Sequence record: PP886230.1
Strand: one strand, 5' to 3'
Length of the DNA: 64,000 bases
Below the pieces are notes generated by a model. That model saw nothing but the letters and a program-made list of their open reading frames with translations. It did no database searches and had not been told where the DNA came from. The translations under genes and the position numbers were made by a program. The first letter of the stretch is position 1. The number at the start of each line of letters is the position of its first letter. Below are positions 12,335 through 23,554 of the stretch, in pieces.

Positions 12335-12754
12335 ATGAAAAAGATTTTTTTAAGTATTATTTTAGTACTTTTTAGTTTTAATGTATATGCAGCAGATGCT
12401 AAACAGGTTGCAAATACAGTAAAAGATGTTATAGTAGATAATGCTCCTACATTAGAGGAAATTGGGGTAAAAACTTGTGATATAGTAATATATAATTTAG
12501 TTAATGATGAACGAGTTATGTTGAATACGTATGAACAAGTAGTCCCATTGGTTGAATCTGGTGATGCTTTTAGCTTTACATATAAAGTTAAATTAACAGG
12601 AGGGGTTGAAGTTAATCTTGACATTGATACCGCTTCAGTACTAAAAGATAAACTAGGATATGTGTTCAATCGTATTCGTGAAGAAGGTCATCTTAAGTAT
12701 GTTTATGAAAGTAAAATACTAAAACGTGCAATAGTTATAGAAAACTGTAAATGA
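12335..12754 (+). CDS. Exported protein with signal peptide
   Basis: MKKIFLSIILVLFSFNVYA. Confidence 0.7.
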   Translation: MKKIFLSIILVLFSFNVYAADAKQVANTVKDVIVDNAPTLEEIGVKTCDIVIYNLVNDERVMLNTYEQVVPLVESGDAFSFTYKVKLTGGVEVNLDIDTASVLKDKLGYVFNRIREEGHLKYVYESKILKRAIVIENCK

Positions 12755-12823
12755 TAATAAAAGGGTTGACTTCGGTCAGCCTTTTTTGTTATGATGTTGG
12801 TATTAACTACAGAGGATAAAGTA

Positions 12824-13465
12824 ATGACTAAGCAAGACATATTCAAAACTTTAATTGACATTTTGCGTCCATCAAAAACTCGTTGTGCGATGGAGTTTGA
12901 TATTCCTTATGCTGAACGCGTAATCTTTCCACAAGTTAAAGCTGCTGGACTTACTTTGCTTGGAATGGGGATGTACTCTGTAGTAGTTGAACATAAAAAC
13001 TATCCTGGGCGTGCATTTAAAGTAACCACTTCACGCTGGGATGGTTTTCGTGCTTATGCAAAGTACTGCATTGAAAACGCAGGAACCAAGTTTCTTCCAG
13101 TGATCTACAGTGCAAACGAACAAGGAAACTTTGGATGGTATGAGATGGACAAGTACTATCCTATAATTAAACAAAAAAATAATTATGATGACTTTGTTAG
13201 TACTAAAATTGGAGATTTATATTCTTATGCACATGCTGGTCAGTACGCTACTTCAGTGAATGATATGCGTGGAAATTCTGAAGAGATTGCTATTGCGACG
13301 GTCGCTGCTAACATCATGAAAGAGTTTCACGGGCGTTTTGTACCAGACATTCATTCCAGTAATGTCATGATGGATAAAGATGGCAATGTATTCATTACTG
13401 ATCCTCTTTCGTGTGATGTACGTAGAGAAATACCAGTTACTGAAGAAGATCCAGTTTTTTATTGA
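12824..13465 (+). CDS. Ser/Thr protein kinase-like protein
   Basis: Gly-loop LGMGMYSVV, AFKV lysine, catalytic DIHSSN, ITDP at the DFG position; GAGG RBS. Confidence 0.8.
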   Translation: MTKQDIFKTLIDILRPSKTRCAMEFDIPYAERVIFPQVKAAGLTLLGMGMYSVVVEHKNYPGRAFKVTTSRWDGFRAYAKYCIENAGTKFLPVIYSANEQGNFGWYEMDKYYPIIKQKNNYDDFVSTKIGDLYSYAHAGQYATSVNDMRGNSEEIAIATVAANIMKEFHGRFVPDIHSSNVMMDKDGNVFITDPLSCDVRREIPVTEEDPVFY

Positions 13466-13526
13466 CAGAACTGATGTTCTGGTGTATTCTTAATAAACCA
13501 TAAAAATTGCGGTAAAGGATAAAATC

Positions 13527-13808
13527 ATGCGTTCATTTGAAAACTTAATAGGTAAGCATCTTTTATCTGAAATTGATGCAGACGTTAAAGAATTATCCAA
13601 ATCAAAAAGTTACATTCATTTGGATGAACTGTTTATTAAGTACGGTGAGATTGGTTTTAAGTCATTATTTGTTTTTACTATGAAAGTACATAGTTTAAAG
13701 TACTTCGATTTGAGTGCTAAAGATGGTGAACCGAATCTATATTACATGTATTACCTTAAGAACAAAGATGAAGCTAATACATTACTCTCTGAATATATAT
13801 TGGGGTAA
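13527..13808 (+). CDS. Hypothetical protein
   Basis: Promoter at 13462 and AGGA RBS. Confidence 0.65.
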   Translation: MRSFENLIGKHLLSEIDADVKELSKSKSYIHLDELFIKYGEIGFKSLFVFTMKVHSLKYFDLSAKDGEPNLYYMYYLKNKDEANTLLSEYILG

Positions 13809-13810
13809 AA

Positions 13811-14149
13811 ATGGAACAATATTTTGAATTAATAAACAAAGTATCATTTTATGTAGTATCTTTGGTTTGGGTGTATTATATGTTTTGCTACATTATTGCA
13901 TTCTTCCGATACACTACTTTATATGAACGTATCTATTATGATGCCCCAATTTCATTCTTGATGTTTTGTGCATGTACGTGGGGAATATTAGAAGTACTGA
14001 TATGTGGGTATAGTACTGATGAATTAAATCTGGTATCGGTCTTGACTGGGTTTTCATTTGTTGTTATGATAGCTGCCGTTCCAGTATGGTTGTTCTTTGG
14101 ACTAGTTCATCGCATTGATATATGGCGTTCTAATATCCCTGAAAAGTAA
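13811..14149 (+). CDS. 3-TM membrane protein family, copy 1
   Basis: Three hydrophobic helices; C-term WRSNIPEK. Confidence 0.75.
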   Translation: MEQYFELINKVSFYVVSLVWVYYMFCYIIAFFRYTTLYERIYYDAPISFLMFCACTWGILEVLICGYSTDELNLVSVLTGFSFVVMIAAVPVWLFFGLVHRIDIWRSNIPEK

Positions 14150-14152
14150 GGA

Positions 14153-14500
14153 TTGGTAATGATTTATTACACTAACATGTTTGCCTATGCTGTTGCTTGC
14201 ATTTACATTGTGTACTTCTTATTCGGTGGAGTACTGTGCTTCTTTAAGTACAAAACGTTGTTCAACCGAATGTACCCAAATCATCCAATTGTGGTTGTAC
14301 TTTTGATTCTTTCAGTTTCTCAAATAATAGTTGAAACTACAATGGGTATCAGTAGTGTACATTATAGTTTTGGTACTATAGTAATTATTACTATGCTTAT
14401 TGCATACATTTTAGTACTTGGATATGGTATCTTTGGTAATATTGGTATGAAAATGTATCATCGAATTAAAACATTACGTGATAATCTACCGGAGCGTTGA
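14153..14500 (+). CDS. 3-TM membrane protein family, copy 2
   Basis: C-term LRDNLPER. Confidence 0.75.
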   Translation: MVMIYYTNMFAYAVACIYIVYFLFGGVLCFFKYKTLFNRMYPNHPIVVVLLILSVSQIIVETTMGISSVHYSFGTIVIITMLIAYILVLGYGIFGNIGMKMYHRIKTLRDNLPER

Positions 14501-14501
14501 T

Positions 14502-14846
14502 ATGTATAATTTGAACCTAATCTCATATATTATAACAACACTGTTTACATTCTATGCCTTTGTTGGTATAATCCTACTGTACTTTAAATTTTATAAAGTG
14601 TTTAACCGTTTCTATCCTTCAATGGAGAATGAGTTTTTCTTTGTGTTGTACGTAGGTTACACATTAATGGCTACATGTTTCACTGTAGCCGATGGTGTCA
14701 TCGGCATTAAAACTGATTCCCCAAATGGTAGTACGCTGGTTGCATTTATTCTTACTGGATTCCTTGCAACTTATATTGCCTTCATTACAACATGGTCAGT
14801 GGTTGAATTTCTCTTGCGACTACGAAAGAATATGCCGAATCGATAG
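14502..14846 (+). CDS. 3-TM membrane protein family, copy 3
   Basis: C-term LRKNMPNR. Confidence 0.75.
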   Translation: MYNLNLISYIITTLFTFYAFVGIILLYFKFYKVFNRFYPSMENEFFFVLYVGYTLMATCFTVADGVIGIKTDSPNGSTLVAFILTGFLATYIAFITTWSVVEFLLRLRKNMPNR

Positions 14847-14855
14847 GAGACATAT

Positions 14856-16309
14856 ATGTTTGCGTTGCGTAATAAAAACACTAAAGAATTATTATGTATT
14901 GATACCGTATGGGATTGTGCGGGGTCAACTACAGTTCTTGAAGAAGGAACTGGATATTGCGTGTTTGTTGTACATGATAGGAATGAACTCGAATTATTAC
15001 TTGCTGAGTTCAATGCTGGTGGTAATCCTAACAGTACTGAATACCCTGAGATTATCAATCCAGCACCACCAGGCTCTTATGAAATTCTACAACTGTGGGA
15101 GTTGAAGTAATGCGTCAAATGCACAAAGTAACCGAGCTAAACAAGCGTCTGGTTAAACAATCAATGTTCGAGGATAAAGAGTCTTATTATAACTTTAAAC
15201 GTGCTGTAGAGGCTGCTATCCACATTCAGAAGCTTAAAGAACGTGGTTGTATTATTCTGGAAAATGGGTCGGAAGTTGTAACGGATGACTTTAGTGTAGC
15301 GTTTGATGTTTCACCTGACGGGACGCTATCAATGCCCCGCTTAGGAACTGGAAACATGACTGTTTGGGTTGGCTTCACTATGGGGAATGTACCTGGTACT
15401 GTGTACGTAGATGATGCGGAATTGAAAGACAGTTTCAAAAACTTATCTTATCTTGAACCACAATACGCACATGAAATGAATTTATTTTGAGTTGACAAAC
15501 ACATTCAGTACTGTATAATGCTTATCAAGGGGATGAACTTCTCATCCCTACAATCGAGGAACTACCATGATTACTTTTAAGAAAACTGCTAACCACATCC
15601 ATGAAATCTACATTAACGGTCACAAAGCTGGCCTTCTTCGTTTACTCGCCCATCATCCTGATGTTACCGTATCTGATAATGAACCTAAAGATTGGCGTGT
15701 ATTTTTCTTTGGAAAGTACAGTGATTTTCAAGTATCAAACCTGAAGAACATTCGTTCAGTATGCACGTTAACTGAAATTAAAGAAAAGTTAGAAAAAGCA
15801 TTGAAAACTAATCCAGATGGTGTTCTTCCACCTGATAACTTTGTAGAGAAAGGTTATGCATTAGCTCATTTCAAAGATGGTACTATTCAATCTATCAGTA
15901 CTGAATATGAATATCAATGGACTGAGTACTTCACTTATGGATCGCGTAATACATTGATGGCTTCACGTAGTAAATTGGAAGAAGTACTGACTCGTATGAA
16001 TGAACGCGAGCGTCAATTTTATGACAAACCAGAAATGTGGAGTTCAACTTACATTGACCGTATTGACTATGTTATTATGACTCCAATCTTTGACACTGCT
16101 TACTATGATTCTTTGAAATAAGGATAACTTATATGAAACTACGTACTCGTAATCGACTGATGGATGCACTGTACCATGAACAGCTTTCACTGAATGAAGT
16201 GAAGCGTCAGTTAATGTACACATATCTGTTACCCGCTCGCATTGCAAAACAACGTGCTAAAGAATTGCTGAAAGAAGCAATCGAGTACTGGGAATCTGAT
16301 TCGTACTAA
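14856..16309 (+). other. Hypothetical ORFs 14856-15110, 15110-15490, 15567-16121, 16133-16309
   Basis: RBS and coupled junctions; promoter at 15492 with hairpin GGGATGA/TCATCCC. Confidence 0.7.
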
Positions 16310-16313
16310 TATT

Positions 16314-16685
16314 ATGAATATAGATTTGAAAGGTGCAACACGAACTGTTATCCTTATTGGGGATTATGCTATCAAGATTCCAACCTTCAAAAGCTGGAAG
16401 TTATTCTTGACAGGAATGATAGCTAACCTCAATGAACGTTCGTGGATGCAGTACTCCAATCGTAGTGATAGTAGTATCTGTCCTACGTTGTGGTCATCAT
16501 GTACTGGACTAGTAACTGTACAGAAACGTTGTAAGCCAGTGCAACATAGGGGTTTATTTTGGGTGGAGTTGTGTGCTTTAGCATTGAATTCAGAGTTAAG
16601 TACTGACTTCTTCTATTCAGATGCGAAGCCAGAAAACTTTGGGTATCTGTGTGGTAAGTTGGTTAAACTTGATTATGGAGATTAA
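16314..16685 (+). CDS. Minimal kinase-like protein
   Basis: KGATRTV, YAIKIP, DAKPEN and DYG motifs in only 123 aa. Confidence 0.7.
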   Translation: MNIDLKGATRTVILIGDYAIKIPTFKSWKLFLTGMIANLNERSWMQYSNRSDSSICPTLWSSCTGLVTVQKRCKPVQHRGLFWVELCALALNSELSTDFFYSDAKPENFGYLCGKLVKLDYGD

Positions 16686-16686
16686 T

Positions 16687-16956
16687 ATGTACGCACTGTA
16701 TAATAAAGAAAAGAAACGATTTGCTAAGGTTGAAATTTCGATTGATACATTTGACATGTTGGAGTACTGTATTGTAACGGACCTATATGCTAACTTGTAT
16801 TACGTTCTTGATGACGTATCAGTACTGCAACGATTGCTTGAGAATTCCAAAAGCCAATGCCAGGGCATCTATGATGGTTCATCTTATGAAACACCTGAGT
16901 GTTCCTACGGCTATCTGGACGGGTATGAGATTGTGAAGTTGGGGATTGTTGAATAA
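16687..16956 (+). CDS. Hypothetical protein
   Basis: GGAG RBS; coupled to the kinase-like gene. Confidence 0.65.
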   Translation: MYALYNKEKKRFAKVEISIDTFDMLEYCIVTDLYANLYYVLDDVSVLQRLLENSKSQCQGIYDGSSYETPECSYGYLDGYEIVKLGIVE

Positions 16957-16968
16957 ATGGATTAAACA

Positions 16969-17040
16969 ATGAAGAAGTGTATGATTCTTTGTTCTAATCA
17001 CCATCGCATGGTACATTCTGGTAGACTATGTTTGATTGAA
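16969..17040 (+). pseudogene. C-terminal remnant of an HNH endonuclease
   Basis: Reads KKCMILCSNHHRMVHSG, matching the C..LCxNCHxxxH end of HNH nucleases. Confidence 0.5.
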
Positions 17041-17110
17041 AGAAAAAAAGGGTTGACTTCAGTCGGCCCTTTTTGCTATAATCATTTCATCGAAACGAGA
17101 GGATGAATAC

Positions 17111-17626
17111 ATGACACGCATTAACTTAGTACACGTTAAAGAACTTGCTGACCAACATCTGATGGCTGAATATCGTGAACTCCCACGTGTATTTGGTGCT
17201 GTACAAAAACACGTTCAAGCACGTAAGCGTGTACGTGATTTCAAAATTAACAGTACTTATCTGTTAGGTTCAGGTCATGTAACATTTTTCTACGACAAGT
17301 TACTGTACTTACAGAAGCGTCATATTGATATTGTCAACGAATGTCTGCGTCGTGGTATGAAGATTCAAAACACTGAAGTAAACGACATTAGCGGCTTCCC
17401 TGCTGAGTTTTGTAATGACTATGTACCATCGGAGTCAGAGATTAAAATGTCTCGTGATCGTTTGATTGAGAAGCTCCAGATGAAGCCTACGTGGTATAAG
17501 TTTACTGATGTTGAATGTCCACAGTACGTTAAAGATATGCAGAACGTAAGTAGTAAGAACGAATCTAGTACTGATATGTTCGACGAAATTGAAGAACAAA
17601 TCAAAGATGAAATGAATAATTATTAA
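17111..17626 (+). CDS. denV: Pyrimidine-dimer DNA glycosylase / endonuclease V
   Basis: [23 protein letters not shown] and LGxGHVxFFYDKL signature of T4 endonuclease V. Confidence 0.93.
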   Translation: MTRINLVHVKELADQHLMAEYRELPRVFGAVQKHVQARKRVRDFKINSTYLLGSGHVTFFYDKLLYLQKRHIDIVNECLRRGMKIQNTEVNDISGFPAEFCNDYVPSESEIKMSRDRLIEKLQMKPTWYKFTDVECPQYVKDMQNVSSKNESSTDMFDEIEEQIKDEMNNY

Positions 17627-17664
17627 AGGAAAGGATTGACTTCGGTTACACAAAGGAACATAAC

Positions 17665-18630
17665 ATGTTATTAGTATATTCAAAGCGTTTCTGGATTTCT
17701 TTTATTGTACTATCGCTAATCGGCTTCGGTTTGAGTATACTCTTTTCGTGGGATGAATTGGGTACATGGTATTATGAAGTACCGTGGTACATGAAGATAG
17801 CTCCTTGTTATGCGGCATTGTTCGTGTCATTCCTTATTGTTGTCTTCAGCGAGGATTAGTTGATGTAGTATGTGCTACACCAAAGTATTTGGATATTTGA
17901 GATATAAACATTGACACCTGTTCTATCTTTCTGTATTATGTACATCACCAAATGAGGAATACAACATGGCATCTTTAAGTGAAATCGCGGAATACAACCC
18001 ACTAACAATCTCAACAATTCAACGTACAAAAACTTTTTATTTCCGTCCTGCTGATGGATGGAAACGTGGAATGAATGGTGACTATCGAGTACTGGAAGAT
18101 TCGCTCATCGAGCGTATCAACTCTGAACTACAGAAGTATGAAGGTGTTAAAGTTGTGCGTTCAACTTCTCGTTATTTTGAGTACTACATTGAGTCTTCAA
18201 CTGTAAATGAAAACTCATCATTCTCGGTGGACAACACTGATATTCTTCGTAATGCAGTTGGTCTGTTATGCAACATTGCAGAAGAAATGGGCTTAACTAT
18301 TACTACTATGAGTGAATTAGAATAACATAAAGGGTTGACTTCGGTCAGCCCTTTTTGCTATAATTATTTTATCGAAACGAGAGGTAATACATGAAACTAT
18401 CTTTTATACGTTTAGCAGAATTCTTCGGTACTGATATTATTACTTTACAACAAATTGCAGACAATACTTCATTAAGTACACAAGAAGTACTTGACTTAGA
18501 TGTAATTCAGTGCGATAATACTTCCATTGATTTCAAAGAAGGTCTTGTCGAAAAAGATAAGATTCAAGCTAAGATTAATGGTGCTGGACGGGTTCAGTAC
18601 TGGAAAGGAGTTTTAAGTAATGCCAGCTAA
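17665..18630 (+). other. Hypothetical ORFs 17665-17859 (2-TM), 17966-18325, 18391-18630
   Basis: RBS; promoters at 17921 and 18335. Confidence 0.7.
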
Positions 18631-20583
18631 ATTAACCCCTAAACAAGCAAAAGAAAAATTCAACAATAAAGTATTAGAACATAACGTTCCAATTGAAGCT
18701 GATTATAGTAAGTATGAAAATGCCAAATTAAAAAACATCCAAGTAGTTTGCAATGATGTATTAAAACACAAATCAGGCATATCACAAGTATATCTTATGG
18801 ATCACGCAAACCTCACACACCCATCTAAAAAATTTGGTTGTCCTGAATGTGAAGACTGGTATAATGGTCATGCTAAAAGTTTAGATATTTTAATTGTTAG
18901 GGAAAGAATTAATTCTTGGATTAGTACTTATGGTGGCATAATTGATACAGTTAGTGGTGAAGTTGAAGTTTATAAAAATAATTCAACAAAAATACCATAT
19001 ATTTGTAAAAATGGAACTAAAAAAACGCTTACTATTTCTACACTGGGTGATGAAATCGGTTGTAATTGTTCTAAATGTAAATCTGAATTAATATCAGAAA
19101 TCGAAGATAACAATGAATATACATCCATGACTACTGATGATGATTGTGTTACAATTTCCCATTTTATATTTGGGGATGATGTTGCATTCTCGTGGATTTC
19201 ACCATTGGAAATGAAAAAACATGGTTACGGTCTTGCCGAAAAAATGAAAGAAAAAGCATTGTCGGTTGGTAAAAATATTATTGGATATGCAATATCATCT
19301 CTTAGTGAATGGAAAAATGAAAAAACTCCTGTAATAACGGAACACGAAGGAGTATTATATCGTATTTCCAGAGCATCATATTTGATCAATAATAATATAG
19401 TACATAGACCACATTATACAAAAAATAATTTTTTATATTATTTTTACAAATGTTCACCTAACAATCAACTTATTACACCAATCCTAATACCTGATGATGT
19501 TGGTACAAAAAAGAAAATTAAAGTATGTTATAAATCATGTGGGTGTGAATACGATATATCTGTGGACGTTATAATGAACAGAAATTTAAAAACTTGTGGA
19601 AACTGTAAAAATATAGATACTAAAACATTTATAGAAAAGTGCTTGGAGTTCAAATCAAGTGGAGAATATATCTATAATAGAGTAAACTATATAAATCAAA
19701 GTACACCTGTAACTATAGTTCATAAAATTTACGGAGAATTCAAAAGTACACCACAAAATCACTTAACACATTTAAAAAACAGTTTGAAATATGATACAGC
19801 TAACTTTAAAATAAAAAATCTAACTCAATTTAAAATTAAAGCAAATGAAGTTCATAATAACTTATATAATTATGATAAAGTTGATTATGTAAATTCTTCA
19901 ACGAATTTAAAATTAAAGCAAATGAAGTTCATAATAACTTATATAATTATGATAAAGTTGATTATGTAAATTCTTCAACGAAAGTATTAATAACTCATCC
20001 AGTGTATGGAGACTTTTGGCAAACTCCAAATGGGCATTTGGCAGGTAAAGGACACCCGAAAGTCAAAGGTGGTGTTCCTTATACATGTGATGAATTTAAA
20101 ATTAAAGCAAATGAAGTTCATAATAACTTATATAATTATGATAAAGTTGATTATGTAAATTCTTCAACGAAAGTATTAATAACTCATCCAGTGTATGGAG
20201 ACTTTTGGCAAACTCCAGCAAGTCACCTTTGTGGGTCTGGTCATCCACTTGCGGCTGGTCATTCTCAGCAATATGCATATATTCATAATATTTTGGATGG
20301 TGATTTATCTGTAGCATTGAAATATGGTATTGAAAAGCAGAAAGGTAAGAGGGTTATGCAGCAAAATAAAAAATCATTATTTAAAATTGAATCGTTACAT
20401 ACGTATTTTTTCACATCTGTGTTTGAGTGTAAGGAAGCTGAAAAAGAATGTAAAAAACTATTTGGTAAAGGCGTTTTAACTAAACAAGAAATGCCAGATG
20501 GTTATACTGAAACTACTACACCAAACAACATAGATAAAATTATTGCAATCTATGAAAAATGGGGTGGGGTGAAAAAAAACTAA
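18620..20583 (+). pseudogene. Zn-knuckle/DUF723-repeat protein with C-terminal GIY-YIG-like nuclease (homing-endonuclease-like), frameshifted by a 77-bp tandem duplication
   Basis: Repeats F.IKA..VH...Y.Y.KV.Y.NS..KV.I.HP.YG.F.QTP..HL.G.G.P; C-term YAYI...KYGI...R..QQN. 1964-77=1887 nt gives one 628-aa ORF. Confidence 0.7.
19827..20217 (+). repeat. Exact intragenic repeats starting at 19827, 19904 and 20093
   Basis: Periods of 77 nt (out of frame) and 189 nt (in frame). Confidence 0.9.
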
Positions 20584-20650
20584 ACAAAAGGGTTGACTTC
20601 GGTCAGCCCTTTTTGCTATAATTATTTCATCAACTGATGAGGATAACGAA

Positions 20651-21421
20651 ATGACCAGAGAAGCACGTAGCATTCAAATCCAGAAAAACTTCAACTCCAT
20701 GATGGTTGCTCTTGAGTGTTTGCTCGACGATAGCAGTACTGTAAAAAGTATGGTTGTCAGTGGTGCTCCTGGTGTTGGTAAGACTTACACCCTGTCTAAA
20801 CGCCTCCAGAAAGCTCATGACGCAGCAGAATGGAACGTAGCTACCATCAGTGGTAAAATGACTACTCTGGCTCTGTACGAAGTTCTGTACAAGAATCGTC
20901 ACAGCACTAACGTATTAGTACTGGATGATATGGACAGCATCTTTGATTCAGAAGACGGTATGAACCTGCTCAAAGCAGTACTGGACAGTGGTAAACGTAC
21001 TGTGTCTTACATGACTAGCTCTAAGTACTTAACCACTAACGGTATCCCTAACAGCTTTGATTTTAACGGTCGTATCGTATTCATCACTAACAAAGATTTA
21101 GCATTAGATGCTAAAGCTAAAACGAAAATGTCTGCTCACTATGCTGCTCTTATGTCTCGTTCTGTATACGTTGACTTACAGATTCAGACCAAAAGCGATA
21201 TCATGATTCACATTGAGAACGTGATGAATCAGACTAACATTTTAGAATCTAAGGGTATTAACCGTAATGGTAGTAAAGCAATTCTGAACTGGATGTTGAA
21301 GCACGAAGATTCTCTTCGTTCACCTTCACTGCGTATGCCACTGTTGATTTCGGCAGTATATAACAACAACCCATACGATTGGGAAGAGCAGTGCGAAAAC
21401 TTGTTCCTTGAGAAAATTTAA
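20651..21421 (+). CDS. AAA+ family ATPase
   Basis: Walker A GAPGVGKT, Walker B VLVLDD, sensor FITN, SR arginine-finger-like motif. Confidence 0.85.
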   Translation: MTREARSIQIQKNFNSMMVALECLLDDSSTVKSMVVSGAPGVGKTYTLSKRLQKAHDAAEWNVATISGKMTTLALYEVLYKNRHSTNVLVLDDMDSIFDSEDGMNLLKAVLDSGKRTVSYMTSSKYLTTNGIPNSFDFNGRIVFITNKDLALDAKAKTKMSAHYAALMSRSVYVDLQIQTKSDIMIHIENVMNQTNILESKGINRNGSKAILNWMLKHEDSLRSPSLRMPLLISAVYNNNPYDWEEQCENLFLEKI

Positions 21422-21486
21422 TTCCATATTGACAGTACTACCATAGTGTAGTACTATAACTTAATATTCACCACCGGAGATACGAT

Positions 21487-21825
21487 ATGCTTGAGTTTTT
21501 TAATTCAGATACAATGATTAGTATTACTTTGATTTATCTGTTTGGTTTTTTCTTTTATCATGCACTGGTTGTAGTACTGTGGTATTTTAAAAAGAAAATT
21601 GTTTTTAAACTGTATCCAGTAAGGAATTCATCACTAGTTCTTTACACACTAGTTCAAGGTTTGTTTGCAATTGTTGGTCTTATGGCACACTTAATTTATT
21701 GTGCTAATCCTCATTTGAACTCAATCTCACAATATATTGTATTCTTTGGGTTGTTCATTTGGTTAGTTGTATACTTAATCCATCTCATTATTCATGGTAG
21801 AGATAAAATTCGCGGAGACTTCTAA
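21487..21825 (+). CDS. 3-TM membrane protein family, copy 4
   Basis: WYFKKK..FKLY after TM1. Confidence 0.75.
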   Translation: MLEFFNSDTMISITLIYLFGFFFYHALVVVLWYFKKKIVFKLYPVRNSSLVLYTLVQGLFAIVGLMAHLIYCANPHLNSISQYIVFFGLFIWLVVYLIHLIIHGRDKIRGDF

Positions 21826-22172
21826 TGTTTGAAGCTTATCTTGAGTTTTTAAGGAGTAGTCCAGTTGCACATTCACTTGCAGGGATTATTCTAACAACTT
21901 ATGTATCATTTTGGGTAGTTATGTTTCTAGGATGGTATTTTAAACGACAATTCTATAAACGTAATGGTGAAGATTTTATAAATTCTGCCATTAATCAATC
22001 GTTGTTTGCATCAACATTGATTGCATGTATTGTAGCAACACTCACAGGAAAGGTACTACCAGCTTTTTCCGCAGTTTACGGCACACTTGGGATGATATGT
22101 TTAACTTTTATATTGACCATTAAAATTTGTTGTGTTATGATTGAACTTCGAAATAAGATACCGGAGGAATGA
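21825..22172 (+). CDS. 3-TM membrane protein family, copy 5
   Basis: WYFKRQFY; C-term LRNKIPEE. Confidence 0.75.
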   Translation: MFEAYLEFLRSSPVAHSLAGIILTTYVSFWVVMFLGWYFKRQFYKRNGEDFINSAINQSLFASTLIACIVATLTGKVLPAFSAVYGTLGMICLTFILTIKICCVMIELRNKIPEE

Positions 22173-22507
22173 TGGAGTACTTTATTGATTTACTGCCGTG
22201 GTATATGAAAGTTAGTACCATGTACTATATTATTAGTGCTGGATTCTACTTTCTGATGTGGTTCTTTAAACGACCAATTTCAGTATTCATCGCTGATAAC
22301 ATGCTGCAATTAAAATTACACGCATGGTTTGGTATGGCGATGATTATGCCTATTATTCACTACTCAATGATTAGTAGAGGTTTCCGTTCTAATGGTGAAC
22401 CAATTGTATTAGTATTCTATTGGGGTTCAACTATTGCATATGTAAGTTTGTTGTTGTTCCCAGTCGTTCATAAGTTACGTGCTAAAGTTCCTGATGCGAG
22501 GTACTAA
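22169..22507 (+). CDS. 3-TM membrane protein family, copy 6
   Basis: WFFKRP; C-term LRAKVPD. Confidence 0.75.
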   Translation: MMEYFIDLLPWYMKVSTMYYIISAGFYFLMWFFKRPISVFIADNMLQLKLHAWFGMAMIMPIIHYSMISRGFRSNGEPIVLVFYWGSTIAYVSLLLFPVVHKLRAKVPDARY

Positions 22508-22821
22508 TGGATATAGTAACATTGATTTACACGTTGTATTCATTCTATTTCATTATGTGTTGGGTTGGATTTTTATTTGTACTCAAGATGTTTGATTATG
22601 TTGAAAAACAGATAAAAGAATTTTGTATTCCTTTTATCGGTTCAACCATTATTAGTGTTTCTTGTGTGTATTTTTTGGTTTTTGATCCACCAGATAACAC
22701 TGCAATGATTGACTTGATGTTACTACCAACAACTGTTACTTTTTTATGTAGTCTGATGCCGCCGATTAGCCGTGGACTATCAGAATTTAGACGCAATCAA
22801 AAGCGTAAACGAGGGATGTAA
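22507..22821 (+). CDS. 3-TM membrane protein family, copy 7
   Basis: Three hydrophobic helices; basic C-term. Confidence 0.7.
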   Translation: MDIVTLIYTLYSFYFIMCWVGFLFVLKMFDYVEKQIKEFCIPFIGSTIISVSCVYFLVFDPPDNTAMIDLMLLPTTVTFLCSLMPPISRGLSEFRRNQKRKRGM

Positions 22822-23189
22822 TGGAAATTGCTCTTATTATCTTAACTGCTATGCTGTTTATTAGTACTGTGGTTATAATTGGTAAATTCTTTTGTGTATC
22901 ATTTTTAGAAACGGTATACGATGAAATTGCTGATGATTATGAATTACAAGCCGGATTTTTCATTACGTATTGGCTTAGTTTATTTTGTCTAGTCATTGCT
23001 TGGATTTTACATATCTTTAAATGGGGTATGGTAGACGGTGATCCTATTATGGCAATTATTGTTCTAGTGTTTGGTATCCTTGGTGGTGCAGTGCATAATC
23101 TAATGGTTATCTGGCAAACTGTTCAATATGTTTTGGTTCCCTATTTCGAAAAGATGCACAGTACAATTAAAAAACGTAAACGAGGTTAG
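22821..23189 (+). CDS. 3-TM membrane protein family, copy 8
   Basis: IGKFF after TM1; C-term KKRKRG as in copy 7. Confidence 0.7.
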   Translation: MEIALIILTAMLFISTVVIIGKFFCVSFLETVYDEIADDYELQAGFFITYWLSLFCLVIAWILHIFKWGMVDGDPIMAIIVLVFGILGGAVHNLMVIWQTVQYVLVPYFEKMHSTIKKRKRG

Positions 23190-23190
23190 T

Positions 23191-23553
23191 ATGAATGGGA
23201 TAGAATTATCTTTCGTTGGTCAATTACTAGTAATGGCGTATACATTTATCTTCTCACTGAATGCATTCGTGTGCATTGGGAAGTACTTCCATAAGCGACC
23301 ATTATCAAATATATATGATGTAATCCAAAAGAGATATAGTCCAGCATATACTGTGTTGGGTACAGTATTCAATTTTGGTTTTATTGTATTAATAATTGGA
23401 CTGTTCACATCCTCTTTGAATACAATAACCTTCGGTCTTATGATATGTTCATTGGTATTAGCCGTAATTATATGTTGTTTAGTACTGCACCTTGTGGTAC
23501 TATTATATATAAAGATCTCTGAAATCCACCAACGTTTGGGTATGAGGAAATAA
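23191..23553 (+). CDS. 3-TM membrane protein family, copy 9
   Basis: IGKYFHKRP...IY. Confidence 0.7.
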   Translation: MNGIELSFVGQLLVMAYTFIFSLNAFVCIGKYFHKRPLSNIYDVIQKRYSPAYTVLGTVFNFGFIVLIIGLFTSSLNTITFGLMICSLVLAVIICCLVLHLVVLLYIKISEIHQRLGMRK

Positions 23554-23554
23554 T

